From Octopus sinensis (taxonomy: Eukaryota): a stretch of 64,000 nt of DNA. Positions 50,946-63,015 of this stretch are shown piece after piece. How positions within the stretch are numbered: the stretch's first letter is position 1; each line of letters begins with the position of its first letter. Location of the stretch: assembly GCF_006345805.1 (NCBI RefSeq), contig NC_043001.1:99014001-99078000 (forward strand). Reading direction: 5' to 3'. Position numbers and translations under genes: made by a program. The notes under the pieces are model-generated. The model ran no database searches. It worked only from the letters and a program-made list of their open reading frames with translations, and was not told the DNA's origin.

Positions 50946-51205
50946 TCATCGTTTAACGTCCGTTCTCCATGCTAGCATGGGTTGGACGGTTCGACCGGGG
51001 ATCTGGGAAGCCAGAAGGCTGCTCCAGTCTTATCTGGCAATGTTTCTACAGCTGGATGCTCTTCCTAACGCCAACCACTCCGTGAGTGTAGTGGGTGCTT
51101 TTTATGTGCCACCCACACAGGTGCCAGACGAGGCTGGCAACGGCCACGGTCGGATTGGTGCATTTTACGTGCCACCGGCACGGAAGCCAGTTGAGGCGGC
51201 GCTGC
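50946..51205 (-). mobile_element. RTE LINE 3' UTR/tail copy
   Basis: Reverse-complement match to the same tail. Confidence 0.85.
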
Positions 51206-51492
51206 GCTATATGATCAAATAAACCCTACATAGAGGTGCAAGTGGGGGTATACTCGGGGGGGGGGTAGTCAAGTAAGACAGGGATAGAAACTTCCGGTAT
51301 TGGTGGAGGGGGTGGGAAGGCGGGCGGGCGAACCTCGAAGCAACGAGTTTGAATATAATTCGTAGGAAAGTTAAAGTCTTAGCTGGCCATTTTTCTATGT
51401 GTATATAAATATATATATATATACATACATACATACATATGTATATAAATATATATACATGTATGTATGTATGATTCCCGAGCAGTGCTTAA

Positions 51493-51993
51493 CTAGTAGT
51501 GTAGGGCCTGGAATTTATTTGCATTAAAATGCATGTTGTTATCCTCAGCCCATGTATAGATGGCATCTAGATCCTTCTGTAAGAGCGTAGCATCAGAGGT
51601 TTCCTTGACTGACTGTGCGACTTTTGTGTCGTTGGCATAGCTGGTAAGCATGACTGCCTTTGTCACTGACGGCATATCCAATAGGGTTACCATGAAAAGC
51701 AGTGGCCTCAGCACAGTGCCCTGGGGTACTCCACTCACTATTGGTGTCTCTGTAGAGAGAGCTCTGTTGGCTGCTACAGTTTGGCTCCTGTTCTTTAGGA
51801 AATCATGCAGCCACTCTCCGACTTTACCTGTGATGCTGAGTCCCTGTATTTTGTCGCATATCATTCCATGGTCAACTGTGTCAAATGCCTTTTTAAAGTC
51901 GAGGTATACCACATCCACTTTTGAGCAGTTCATTAATTGCTTCAGTACCCAGCCATAGTGACACAGAAGCTGTGAAAGACAGCTCCTTCCCAG
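51493..51993 (-). pseudogene. CR1-like LINE reverse transcriptase fragment
   Basis: GRSCLSQL...VDVVYLDFKKAFDTVDH...SGVPQGTVLRPLLF...SYANDTK...LQKDLDAIYTWAEDNNMHFNANKF. The catalytic YADD is altered to YAND. Confidence 0.9.
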
Positions 51994-52254
51994 GTGAAAT
52001 ATTTATATATATGTATATTATATATATATATATATATGTATATTATATATATACAAGATAAGAAAATGGAGAAATACATCCAAATCAAATATCAATTACC
52101 AGATAATACTCAATCACATACTTTATTAAACCACCACATAAGAGACTGTAGGGTTAAACATAAAAATGCAGAACAAATCAGTGTACATAAAAGAGTGATG
52201 TTGTATAATAAGTAGAATATATATAAAAAAGAGAATATACATATAAGTATAGAT

Positions 52255-52387
52255 TACATCTTACAGCTGTTTCGGCCATGTAGATAAGTATGTCTCATTT
52301 TACCAGTATTGGCCTTTTATGGTAGGTCAATATATAGATATAAATGAGACATTTACAAAAATATCATAAGGCCTCCTCGGAGATATA
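52255..52387 (-). ncRNA. Type I hammerhead-like motif with extended helix II (best-preserved long form)
   Basis: Minus strand TATATCT-CCGAGGA-GGCC..long hairpin..GGCC-GAAAC-AGCT-GTA-AGATGTA. 7-bp helix I, G10.1-C11.1 pair; the only core deviation is U4 to C. Confidence 0.75.
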
Positions 52388-53485
52388 CATATACATATGA
52401 GTGCATATACTCACACTCCTATACATATACATAATAATGTAAATAAATAATATGAATTAGTAAACATATATACGTTCCATATTCAATGTTTCAGTTCTTA
52501 GAACTTAATATTGTGATAATAAACATACACATATTAGTACCTAGATGCAAATATACATAGTCAATAGTACATTATATTACTTCCTACTAATTTCCAAAGT
52601 GTCATTAAAGTTAGCATCATTATCGTTGTCAATACCATTAATGCTATCATTATTATCATTCATAATATTATTAATAACGCTTACATTAGGATCCGAAGTG
52701 GCACATATGTATGTCCGGGTTCCAATTAGTAATTTTCCTTATGACATAAATACACTATTGGATTTGAATTAAAATTATCATTGTCCTCATCATGGTTGGT
52801 CCGTTGAGAGCTGCCCGACCTACACCACACCGCACAAGAAAAACATACACATCCACATCCAACCCTAAACCCACACACACATGAATACACCCCGACACAT
52901 CTCTACACATTCACTAGATTGCAGAGTGCATGTCTGTCATCGCATGGCTTATAGACAAATCAGTACAGGCAACAGTGTCTATACACTAACACACACACTC
53001 ACAAGCACATCCGCATATATTCAAATGTTAATACACTCTCATATACTATATCAGGGAACATTCGCACACACATAGATACATATTTAAATATATGTCTGTG
53101 CACTCATACGTACAAATAAAACCTATACTTATATCCACCCATGAATAAATATTTGCATATACATATATACATATCCAAATACGCACCTGCGTACTCATAT
53201 GTATAAGAAAAACATACATCCGTACATCCACCTATGAACATACCTATACGTACAAAAACATACATACGTAAACATACACATTTTCACCCACCTCGACACC
53301 TCAACCCACATCCACTAAATCATAAATTAAAATATATGTCTGCCCATCCAAAGACGTATATATACATACACAAAAAGTAAACAGAAGTTACTATTAACTT
53401 AGATATAAGTTCATTAATTATAAATTAAATTAAATTAATTATAAGTTAGTAAGTGCCAAATAAACAAAAATAAATAATTAAATAA

Positions 53486-53528
<43 letters not shown>

Positions 53529-53718
53529 TAAATAGATAAATAGATAAATAAAATGGAATACAAATTAAGAAGAGCACAAAGATAAACCTAATATAGTAAA
53601 TATAAGTGGATACGCCGAAATGCAGCCATGCGGACATACATGTGCATGCACGCCCCCACACGCACACGTACGATCACCGAGATACACACCAGAACACACC
53701 TATTATCAATTTATCTTG

Positions 53719-53958
53719 ACTGACCACTAGCTGGTACACTTTCCCTCTCTTCATCTCTTTACTATCTCTCTCCTTGCTTTTTTTTCTGTCTTTATTCCTG
53801 TCTTCCTGTTTTTGATTTGACCTTACAAATACATTTCCTACCTTTAGGTCACTTTAAATAAACCCTCGATTCAATAGCACTATGTACAAACTCTATACTT
53901 GGAATGACCAATTTTAAATACTATTGGATTTTACTCATAAGGTATTAGAATCTTATAT
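53719..53958 (+). repeat. Truncated copy of the repeat at 3243-3750 (stops before the hammerhead)
   Basis: ACTGACCACTAGCTGGT...CACTTTAAATAAA...CTCTATACTTGGA...GGATTTTACTCATAAGGTATT aligns to 3243-3513. Confidence 0.8.
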
Positions 53959-53969
53959 ACAGCTATGTA

Positions 53970-54005
<36 letters not shown>

Positions 54006-54049
54006 CATACACACACACATCTATGTATGTATAAACTTAGATATGTTTC

Positions 54050-54395
54050 GACCAAAGATTGGTCCAGGCCACCTGATAAGATTATTTGAATCCTGTTTAA
54101 GTCAAGTTTTGTTTATGGTCCTTTCAAGTAGTGAGTTTTTGTTTGGTGAGTTGTATCCAATTATGGGTGGCTTATCTGGTATTCCTTGAAGGAATCTATC
54201 CCGACTCCGTTTAAAGTTGATGGGGTCCTTTTCCTCTTTGATCCCTTTCGGGACAATGTTAAATAGAGCAGGGCCTGTTGAGGAAAAGAAATTATGTTGC
54301 AGTGTACATGTATGCTGTGATCTGGAATTGGGCAGGGGACGTATGGCCCGTGGTCCCAGTCTTGGATGAACCTTGAAGCTAATGTTCAGGTCGTT
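54050..54395 (-). pseudogene. CR1-like LINE ORF2 C-terminus / 3' end fragment
   Basis: HPRLGPRAI...FFSSTGPALFNIVPKGIKE...FKRSRDRFLQGIPDKP resembles CR1-type ORF2 tails. Boundaries approximate. Confidence 0.65.
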
Positions 54396-54398
54396 TGT

Positions 54399-54455
<57 letters not shown>

Positions 54456-54837
54456 CATATACATACATATACATCTATATATATGTGTGTGTCACTGAAG
54501 CCATTCATACATACATAGAGAACCTCTCTTTCTCTTCACATGCACACCACACTTTCTCTCCCGCACATCCCATCAAACACACACATATACATACACACAC
54601 GGCATGCCAACTTCAAAAGAACCTCCCTGATCCAATTGCACTCTCCCTGTCTCTTTCGCTTTCATGCTGACTTCAAAAGATCCCCTTTCCTCCCACCCCA
54701 CATATATAAAAAAATCAAAAAATTTTACGGAAAGTGACGATCTTCTTCAGAAACATAAATACATATGCATTGTGTTTGACAACTACGGTACTCATATCGT
54801 AATTTAGCTCCTCTCATCTATCCCTAGTTTCCGTATT

Positions 54838-55072
54838 GACGACCAGATAAGGGATCAGGGGACCCTGTCAAAGGCTTTCTCCGTGTCAATGAAAGCCAAA
54901 TAGAGAGGTTTACCTTTGCCTATGTATTTCTCCTGCAACTGTCTTACCAGAAATATAGCATCAGTAGTGCTCTTCCCTGGTAGACTCCCAAACTGTATCT
55001 TGTCTAATCTAACTCGCTCCCTAATTAGTTGGACTATGACACTCTCTGTGATTTCCATTACCTGATCCAATA
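54838..55072 (-). pseudogene. RTE LINE RT N-terminal fragment
   Basis: LDQVMEITESVI...QFGSLPGKSTTDAIFLVRQLQEKY...LYLAFIDTEKAFDRVP; same family as 58932-59714. Confidence 0.88.
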
Positions 55073-57307
55073 ATAAAAGTCATGGAAGAAATTCATGGGA
55101 GTGATGACAGAATGGAGATTAGGAGGCACAGGTATCAAATAGATCTGATGAGATCTTTGCCAGAAAAATCAGTGGACCAGGAGCCTGCGGTGGCATTAGA
55201 ATAAACAGCAAGTGAATGGTTCCAACTGAGCAGTGTTTTAGACATTGTATCATAATTTGAATGGAATGGAAACTGCTCCCCTTCCAAACATGCCGAAGGA
55301 GCATTTCTTACAGTCAAATTCTACCTAAAAGTTTCAAATCTTAAATCTGTTTGAGCTGACATCATACTACCATTTTGACTCAAATTGCAGCATTGAACTT
55401 CTGTTGGGGGAAACCACTACAACAGAGAGAGTGCCTGACTTGACAGTGGAATAGTATTTGTAGAGTTTTGGGAAAATAAAGACTTGCCTGACAGCAGGAT
55501 AGCTTTTCCTTGGATGTAGTCTGGTATATGTGTAGGTACAGGGGATAACATCTGTTTAGATATATGTGGGGGATACTGTACGATGTTAGCAGGAATAGGC
55601 CTTCATAATTGGTTATTGCCTTCTTTTGGCTTTGCTCAACCAGAGTTTATCCTGGATACTAGCAACTGTGGTTGCAATAATAAAAATATTTCCCACCTTT
55701 AACAAGCACAATCTGCAACCTTTCAGAAGCTATTATCTTTCTTTTCTTTTTTTGCAATTATTAAATACAAAAAAATATGATATACACCACTGAATGACGA
55801 ATGGTAGAATGTTTTACAATATTTGTTTGAAGTTTACATGTTCTTTATGTTAACACTATTTCTCTTCATTCCAAATCACAAGAATTATTCTCATGTCAAT
55901 ACAGTTTTAATGTTGTTTTCATGTAACTGAATATGAAAACTAACATTCCCTCAACATGCTCCTGCTTACGATGTTTCACTGCTTTCTCTCTAAACCATTA
56001 TTTTCACTAGTAATTTGTCCCTGTAGACTTGTTTATTATCTTAAACAGCTTCCATAACTGGGTTTCAAGATCAGCTTCATAAAAAGTAGCACAATGTCTT
56101 AAAAAAACCCAGCTATTTGTATTAGAAAGTAGCCCAAAATGAAAATGCGTACACACATCCATCCATCCATCCATCACCATTTTAATGACCATTTTCCCCT
56201 GTTTTCAAAGATGGAATTTGTTGTTGAGATATTTTCTGCTGCTCAGTGTCCTTTTCATTAACCCTCATTTATTTCCAAATGAGGAAATATTTCCTCATTT
56301 TTCACTTATATTTGTAATTGTCTGATTTTGTAAATAATAATGAATCCATGATGAAATGTTAAGGTAGTTATTAAATATTTTAAACATGAAGATACAATAT
56401 TATTGCTTGAAGATTATTTAGCCTTAGAAACCAAACCAAGATGGAAATGCATGAGATAGACATGGTCCTCAGATTTGAAAGTCTAAATGAGAACTCTGAC
56501 CATGACAATCCGTCCAACATTATTCCAGCATCGAATGTAGGTATGAAATGATAAAGATTATGTTGGTGGTGGTAATGGATATAGCTGTTATTGTTTTATT
56601 TTTATTGTTCAGAATAATATTGTCTTTTTATATGTAAATTTCAAAATAGAAAACAGCGGTTTCTTTTTAAATCTTTATTTTACTGCTATTATTGCCTACA
56701 CTACATCTACACTGCCATTTCTTGCTCTTCCTCCCTCAAGAAGGCCATTCTTTGCATCTTTGTAGTGGTGGGGAAGGGAGAGAGAGAGAAAGAAAGAGGT
56801 GATCACTGGATTGAAATCTCTTATAATACTTAACTGGTTCCAATTTTATTGGTACAAGTATGAAGGAAGCTATTGCTGACCTTTGCAGGATTTGAACTCA
56901 GTAAGTTAAATTCATATAATCCATCACTAATCAGTGACCTGAAGCATTTCATAATGATTTCCAGCTGGGTAGATAATAGAACTAAATATTGTTTCTACCA
57001 TACCTTCCACATCAAACTCTTATATGTTTTTTTTTTTTTTTTATCTAATTAGTTCTTAATGTGTTGTGATCATAACTTTTTCTGGTCTCATTTATCTGTT
57101 GTTGTTGGTTAACCCCAGGCTAATGTTGATCAAAAGCTTTCCAGCTATGACAATTTCAGACATATTTAAGTCCATGTTATCCCATATATACTTCAGTTTG
57201 GCTTTATACTACTCATTCCATCTTCTTAGTAAATCAAGCAAAAATACTCAGCTAAGAGTAAATCTCTGAGTTCATACACCACATATATACATTATATATA
57301 TATATAT

Positions 57308-60188
57308 ATCATCGTCGTCGTCGTTTAACATGCGCTTTCCATGCTGGCATGGGTTGGATGGTTTGACTGAGGACTGGCATGCCAGAAGGCTGCATTTAGG
57401 TTCTAATCTGATCTGGTAATGTTTTTACAGCTGGATGCCCTTCATAATGCCAACCACTCCATTTTATGTGCCACTGGCATGAGGGTCATTCAGGTGGTAC
57501 TGGCGTCGACCACACTCAAGTGGTGCTTTTTAAATGCCACTGACACAGGGCCAGTCAGGTAGCATTGGCAGCAATCATGTTCAAATGGTGCTTTTTACGT
57601 GCCAATTAGGTGGTACAGTCATCGGCCATGACAATAACTTCACTTGACTCAACAGGTCTTGGCAGGCATAATTTATTGCTCAATGATTGAAGGGTATTCT
57701 TAAATGGGCCGGTTATGCTGCACTGGGATAGGCCACAGTTATGGTCTCACTTGGCTTGCTGGGTCTTCTCAGCACAGCATATCTCCAATGGTCTTGGTCA
57801 CTTGTCATCACCTCCGTGAGGCCCAACGTTCGAAGGTCATGCTTCACCACCTCCTCCCAGGTCTTCCTGGGTCTACCTCTTCCACAGTTTCCTTCTGCTG
57901 CTAGGGTGTGACACTTTTTCACACAGCTGTCCTCATCCATATGCAACACATACCAGTGCAGTCGTCTTCCTTGCACACCACATCTGATGCTTCTTATGTC
58001 CAACTTCTCTCTAAGGGTGCTTACACTCTGTCATGTATGCACACTGGCATTACACATCCAGTGGAGCATACTAGCTTCATTTCTTGCAAGCTCACATACG
58101 TCCTCAGTAGTCACGCCCCATGTTTCACTGCCATGTAGCATGGCTGTTCGCACACATGCGTCATACAATCTACCTTTTACTCTGAGCGAGAGGCTATTTG
58201 TCGCCAGCAGAGGTAAGAGCTCTCTGAACTTTGCCCAGGCTATTCTTATTCTAGCAGCTACACTTTTAGAGCACCCCACCCCCGCTACTGACTTGGTCAC
58301 CTAGGTAACAGAAGCTATCAACTACTTCTAGTTTTTCCCCCTGGAATGTGACAGAAGCAGTTTTCTGCACATTTTCAATGTTTATTGCCCCAGAGCATTT
58401 GCCACATACAAATACTATCTTCCCAGTTAGCCTTCCTTTTTTATTGCTGCACCTTTTATGTGTCCATAGTTTACACCAAATACATCTTATGAAATTTCTA
58501 CCTATGCCTTTTCTACAGATCGCACAGGGCCATCTACCTGCAGAGATTTGTGGTTTGTCTACCTTCCTACTTATTACGACTTTAGTTTTGCTAGATTGAT
58601 TCTAAGGCCCTTCAATTCTAGACCTTGCTTCCACACCTGAAACTTCTCCTCTAGTTCTGATAGTGACTCAGCTATTAGAGCAAGCTCATCAGCATAGAGA
58701 AGCTCCCAGGGGCATCCTGTTTTGAATTCCTCTGTTATTGCCTAGAGGACTATAATGAATAAGAGGGGGCTGAGTTCTGATCCTTGATGGACCCCCTACT
58801 CCTATCTAGAATTCTTCACTGCACTCGTTGTCAACCCTCACCTTACTGACAGCATCTCTGTACAGGGCTTGTACCACTCTCACTAACTACTCATCTATCC
58901 CTAATTTCCACATTGACTATCAGATAAGGGATCAGGGGATCCTGTCAAAGGCTTTCTTCATGTCAATGAAAGCCAGGTACAGAGGTTTATCTTTAGCTAG
59001 GTATTTCTCCTGCAGCTGCCTTACCAGAAATATATCATCAGTGTTGCTTTTCTCTGGCTCAAACCCAAACTGCATCTCGTTTAAACTGACTCTCTCCCTA
59101 ATTAGTTGGGCTATGACCCTCTCTGTGACTTTCATTACCTGATCCAACAACTTGATACCTCTGTAATTATTCATATCTGATGCATCATCTTTACCTTTGT
59201 AGCAGTTGACTATGGTGCTGCTACACCAGTTATTGGGTATGACTCCATGAATCACCTGATTGACTATACACGTGACTAGACTATAGCCGACACTGCCAGA
59301 TATTTTAAGCATCTCTGTGGTGATTCCTGATGGGCCGGGGGCTTTCTCTCTCTTCATACCTTTAATTGCTTTATCTATCAAGGTACTGTCAATTCGGATA
59401 TCTGGTCCCTCTGTTGGGTTGACATTAAGCAGACTCTCTTTCTCCCATTCATTTTCTTCATTTAGCAACCTTTCATAGTGGTGTCTCCAAGTTTCTCTTT
59501 CTGCAGCCTCATTAAATGCAAGTGGGCTATCATCCATGCAGATACATTTCTCTCCTATGACATCACGATTCTCTCTCACACACTGTCTTGCAACACAAAA
59601 CACTTCAAGTCTTTGGTCCTCACAATGCAGAACATTGACAAATTTTTTCTTATCTGCTTCCCCTCTGGCTAAGTAAACTTTTCTCCTAGCTTCCCTTCTA
59701 GCAATCTGATACAATTCCCTGCTACCACCACTCTTCCAGTCCTTCCATGCCTGTTTCTTTTCCCTAATGGCCCTGTCAATTACATTGTTTCACCACCATG
59801 TTACCTTGGATCGAGAGAGGACTTTGCACTATCCACAGATCTGGTCAGTAGCTCTCAACAGGTTGTCCTGTAGGAACCTCCAGTTGTCTTCTATATCATG
59901 TGTTGCTTATATCCCCATCTATTTCATCAAAATCTTTTAGTAATACGTCTCTAAGTCTCTGTCCATTTGCAGGATGTTTAAACTCCATGCCAGTCATCTT
60001 CTGGGCATCCATTTAGCCCTGATCCTGAAGTCACTAACTACTAACCTATGTTGCAGGGTGCATTCTTCACCTGGGAAGGTTTTGGCATTTATAAGTAGTC
60101 ATCTTTCCTTTTTCCTGGCGAGGATGTAATCAATTTGACTAGTGTGTCCATTAGATCGGTAGGTGAATAGATGACTGGCAGGTTTCAT
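57308..60188 (-). mobile_element. RTE-type LINE, 5'-truncated and decayed (endonuclease C-terminus, RT, 3' UTR, tail)
   Basis: Reads TYRS..SQIDYIL...PGEECTLQHRLVVSDF, then KAPGPSG...YRGIKLLDQVMKV...QFGF...KAFDR, LLYADE, the PHD-like insert, AMLHGSETW and GRGRPRKTW, then the same 3' UTR as 1100-1784. Multiple stops and frameshifts. Confidence 0.93.
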
Positions 60189-60216
60189 GTTTTATATATA
60201 TATATATATATGTAAA

Positions 60217-61352
60217 TGAGGGGAAATCAAAAAAATTTGCCATAACATATCTTTATTATTGTCACACTGCCTTCTGTGCATGCTTATAGTTGGTACTATT
60301 GTGGTCACATGATCAAAGTTTGAGCCTGATCATGTCCTTTTTCTTTCTGACTTTACACTGTAAACATGGCCACTCCACTAACAATGTGCACCAGAGAAGA
60401 ACAAAGAGCAGTGATCCAATTTCTCTGGTTGGAAGGTATGTCAGGTGTTAAAATTCATCAGAGGCTTTTAGCACAATGCAGGGACAGTGCACTACTGTGT
60501 AGAAGTGTGTATGAGTGGATTAAGAAGTTTAAGAGTGGCCAAACAAATGTGATGCATGACAAAGGAGTAGGATGCCTGTCAATCACCACCACCTACAAGA
60601 AGATTTAGCAAGCTTGAGAGGTAGACCGGTAAATTATCATCGATGAGGCAGCTTGTTCTCTACAGATTAGTCATGGTTCTGTTGATCAAATCATTGATGA
60701 GCTTGGCTTCCATAAAGTCTGTTTAAAATGGATGCCAAGAGAGCTTACTGCAGAGCACAAGTGCAAATGTCTTGAGGTCTGCCAACATTTACTCAATCAC
60801 TACAACAATGAGGGCAAGGAATTTTTGAGCAGAATAGTCACAGGTGATTAAACGTGGGTCCATCATTATGAGGCAGAATCCAAAAGACAGAGTATGGAGT
60901 GGAAACATCCTGGCTTGCTGGCAACAAAGAAATTCAAGACTCAGTGTTCCATGGGAAAGGTGATGCTCACCCTTTATAGGGACTCAAAAGGATCTATACT
61001 AGAAGACTACCTGGGAAGGTTGTGTACAATCAACAGTGCAATATTCAGTGCTTTGCTGGCCAACAAACTGAAGCCAGTAATTCGCTATAAGCCTCCGATA
61101 AATTTCAGTATCCAACACACCTTCCAACCAGGGAAATCAGATCACTGCTCTTTGTTCTTCTTTAGTGCACATAGGCTAGTAGGGCAGCCTAGTTACACTG
61201 TAAAGCCAGAAAGAAAAATGGCATGATCAGGCTCAAACTTCGATCATGTGACCACAATAGTACCAACTATAAGCAAGCATGTGCAGAAGGCAGTGTGACA
61301 ATAATAAAGATATGTTATAGCAAAAGTGCAGATAATTTTTGACTTCCCCTCA
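60217..61352 (+). mobile_element. Mariner-family transposon, defective, with ~260-nt inverted ends
   Basis: Ends TGAGGGG...CCCCTCA-TA. The transposase remnant from 60366 reads EQRAVIQFL...VYEWIKKFKSG...WMPREL...IVTGD*TWVHHYE.ESKRQSMEW...KFK...GKVML; the C-terminal catalytic part is missing. Confidence 0.9.
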
Positions 61353-61419
61353 TAAATATGTGTGTGTGTGTGTATAAAATACACACACACATACATTCTT
61401 ATGTATGGTGTTATGAGCT

Positions 61420-61860
61420 GAGATAGTGGATGAGACGGGGAATAGAAGTGGTGTGAGAGATGTGGTTGTATTGATGAAGATGGCTATTAAACTGCAAGGA
61501 ATTAGCATTTTGGCAAGTTTCAAGCTGTTATGTTTAAGAGGTCCAAATTTGTCTCTAGAAATTAACAAAGATGCCCAGCTAGATGTAGAGGGAAAAATAG
61601 AAGCCAGGTTAAAAGAAGACTTTATAAAAGGAGCATTTTTGGTATATGCCTGGCTAGGAAGTGCAAGATAGATTGGGGAACAGGTGGACATGTTCACCAA
61701 TGAGATCAGAAGGTTGATAGGTCTGACTGGGTGTATTGGAGAAGGGCTGGAGAGGACAGTCAAGCCGAATTTTGTAATTTTTTTCTCTGATTATATTTTG
61801 ATAGAGCTACAGCAGTTGCCAGATATCATGACCATGGCTTTGAGGATTTAATTACCAACA
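61420..61860 (+). pseudogene. Possible decayed LTR-retrotransposon gag-like fragment
   Basis: KLQGIS.LASF...KIEARLKEDF...GEQVDMFTNEIRRL.GL...GLER...IELQQL resembles, from memory, gypsy-type gag capsid segments. No pol or LTR seen. Confidence 0.4.
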
Positions 61861-62615
61861 AACAGAGCATAAAACTTTGCAGTAATAGCTACAGTGGAGC
61901 AGGGGGCAATGCGACTGCAAACTGAGAGTTTTGTCAGCTATGGAAACCAAATCTCTCATTCCCAAACTGATAAGAATGAAAATACAGAACATTTGCTGAT
62001 GTGTGTAAAGCTTGGTCATGCTAGAATTAAATAATGTCACATGAAGCAGTGTTGAATAAAATATATCTAACATGCTTGAGTGTTTTCATGTGTAAGAAAA
62101 CCTTCTGCAGAAATGTATGTATCCTACAATCCAGTGACATCATTCACAGCCCAAGATGTGCTTTCACACATGTCTAAGTGGAGAATTTTCTCCTGGGACT
62201 ATTCTGAAATGGAATGTCTTCTCATGTTTGAATACACTAAAATGTATTAAATTTGATTTCACAGAAATATATTATATTCAACTCTGCTTTATGCAATGTT
62301 ATTTCATTCTGGCTTGACCAACATGCTTGATCAGCATACATACTGTATGCTGTTTTAATAAGATAGATTTTGTTCTTATCATGCTGTGAATGACAGATTT
62401 GGTTGTTGTAGCTGATAAAGTGAAAAGAAGCAGAAATGCATGCATCCTAAGATTCAAAGGTGTCATTCACAGCCCAAGATCTGTTTTCACATATCTAGGA
62501 GGTGAATTTTATCCCAGGACTAGTTCCACAACAAAGGTTCTTCTCATGCAAATTCATTTGAATATGTCAAATATGACTTTATGTGCGTGTGCTAATGTGT
62601 GTTGATGTATGTATA

Positions 62616-62971
62616 TTTTATTTGTTTCAGTCATTTCCCTGCTATTTCTAGCGCCACCTTTAGTCAAGCAAATCAACCCCAGGACTTATTATTTGTAAGC
62701 CTAGTACTTATTCTATCGGTTTTTCTTGCCAAACCACTAAGTGATGGAGACGTAAACACACCAACATCGGTTGTCAAGTGATGTTGGGAGAGTACAAACA
62801 CCGACACACAAGCACACACACACACACACATATACAATGGTTTTCATTCAGTTTCCATCTACCAAATCCACTCACAAGGCTTTGGTTGGCCCGAGGCTTT
62901 AGTAGAAGACCCTGAACCCAGAACCATGTGGTTGGTAAGCAACCTACTTACCACACACCCACTCCTGCACC
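62616..62971 (-). mobile_element. SINE family A, near full length
   Basis: Reverse-complement match to 29238-29620 with a deletion in the head. Confidence 0.85.
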
Positions 62972-62983
62972 TATATATATATG

Positions 62984-63015
<32 letters not shown>

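Noticed and set aside
52500-52810. PLE endonuclease remnant upstream of the 52.3 kb hammerhead
   Set aside because: Only a vague YLCHKE resemblance within Asn/Asp-rich low-complexity sequence.
51493-54395. The two CR1-like fragments as one interrupted element
   Set aside because: On the minus strand the C-terminal fragment lies upstream of the RT fragment, the wrong order; more likely separate insertions.
55144-55170. CTGATGA-GATC as another hammerhead
   Set aside because: No GAAA half-core or cleavage triplet follows.
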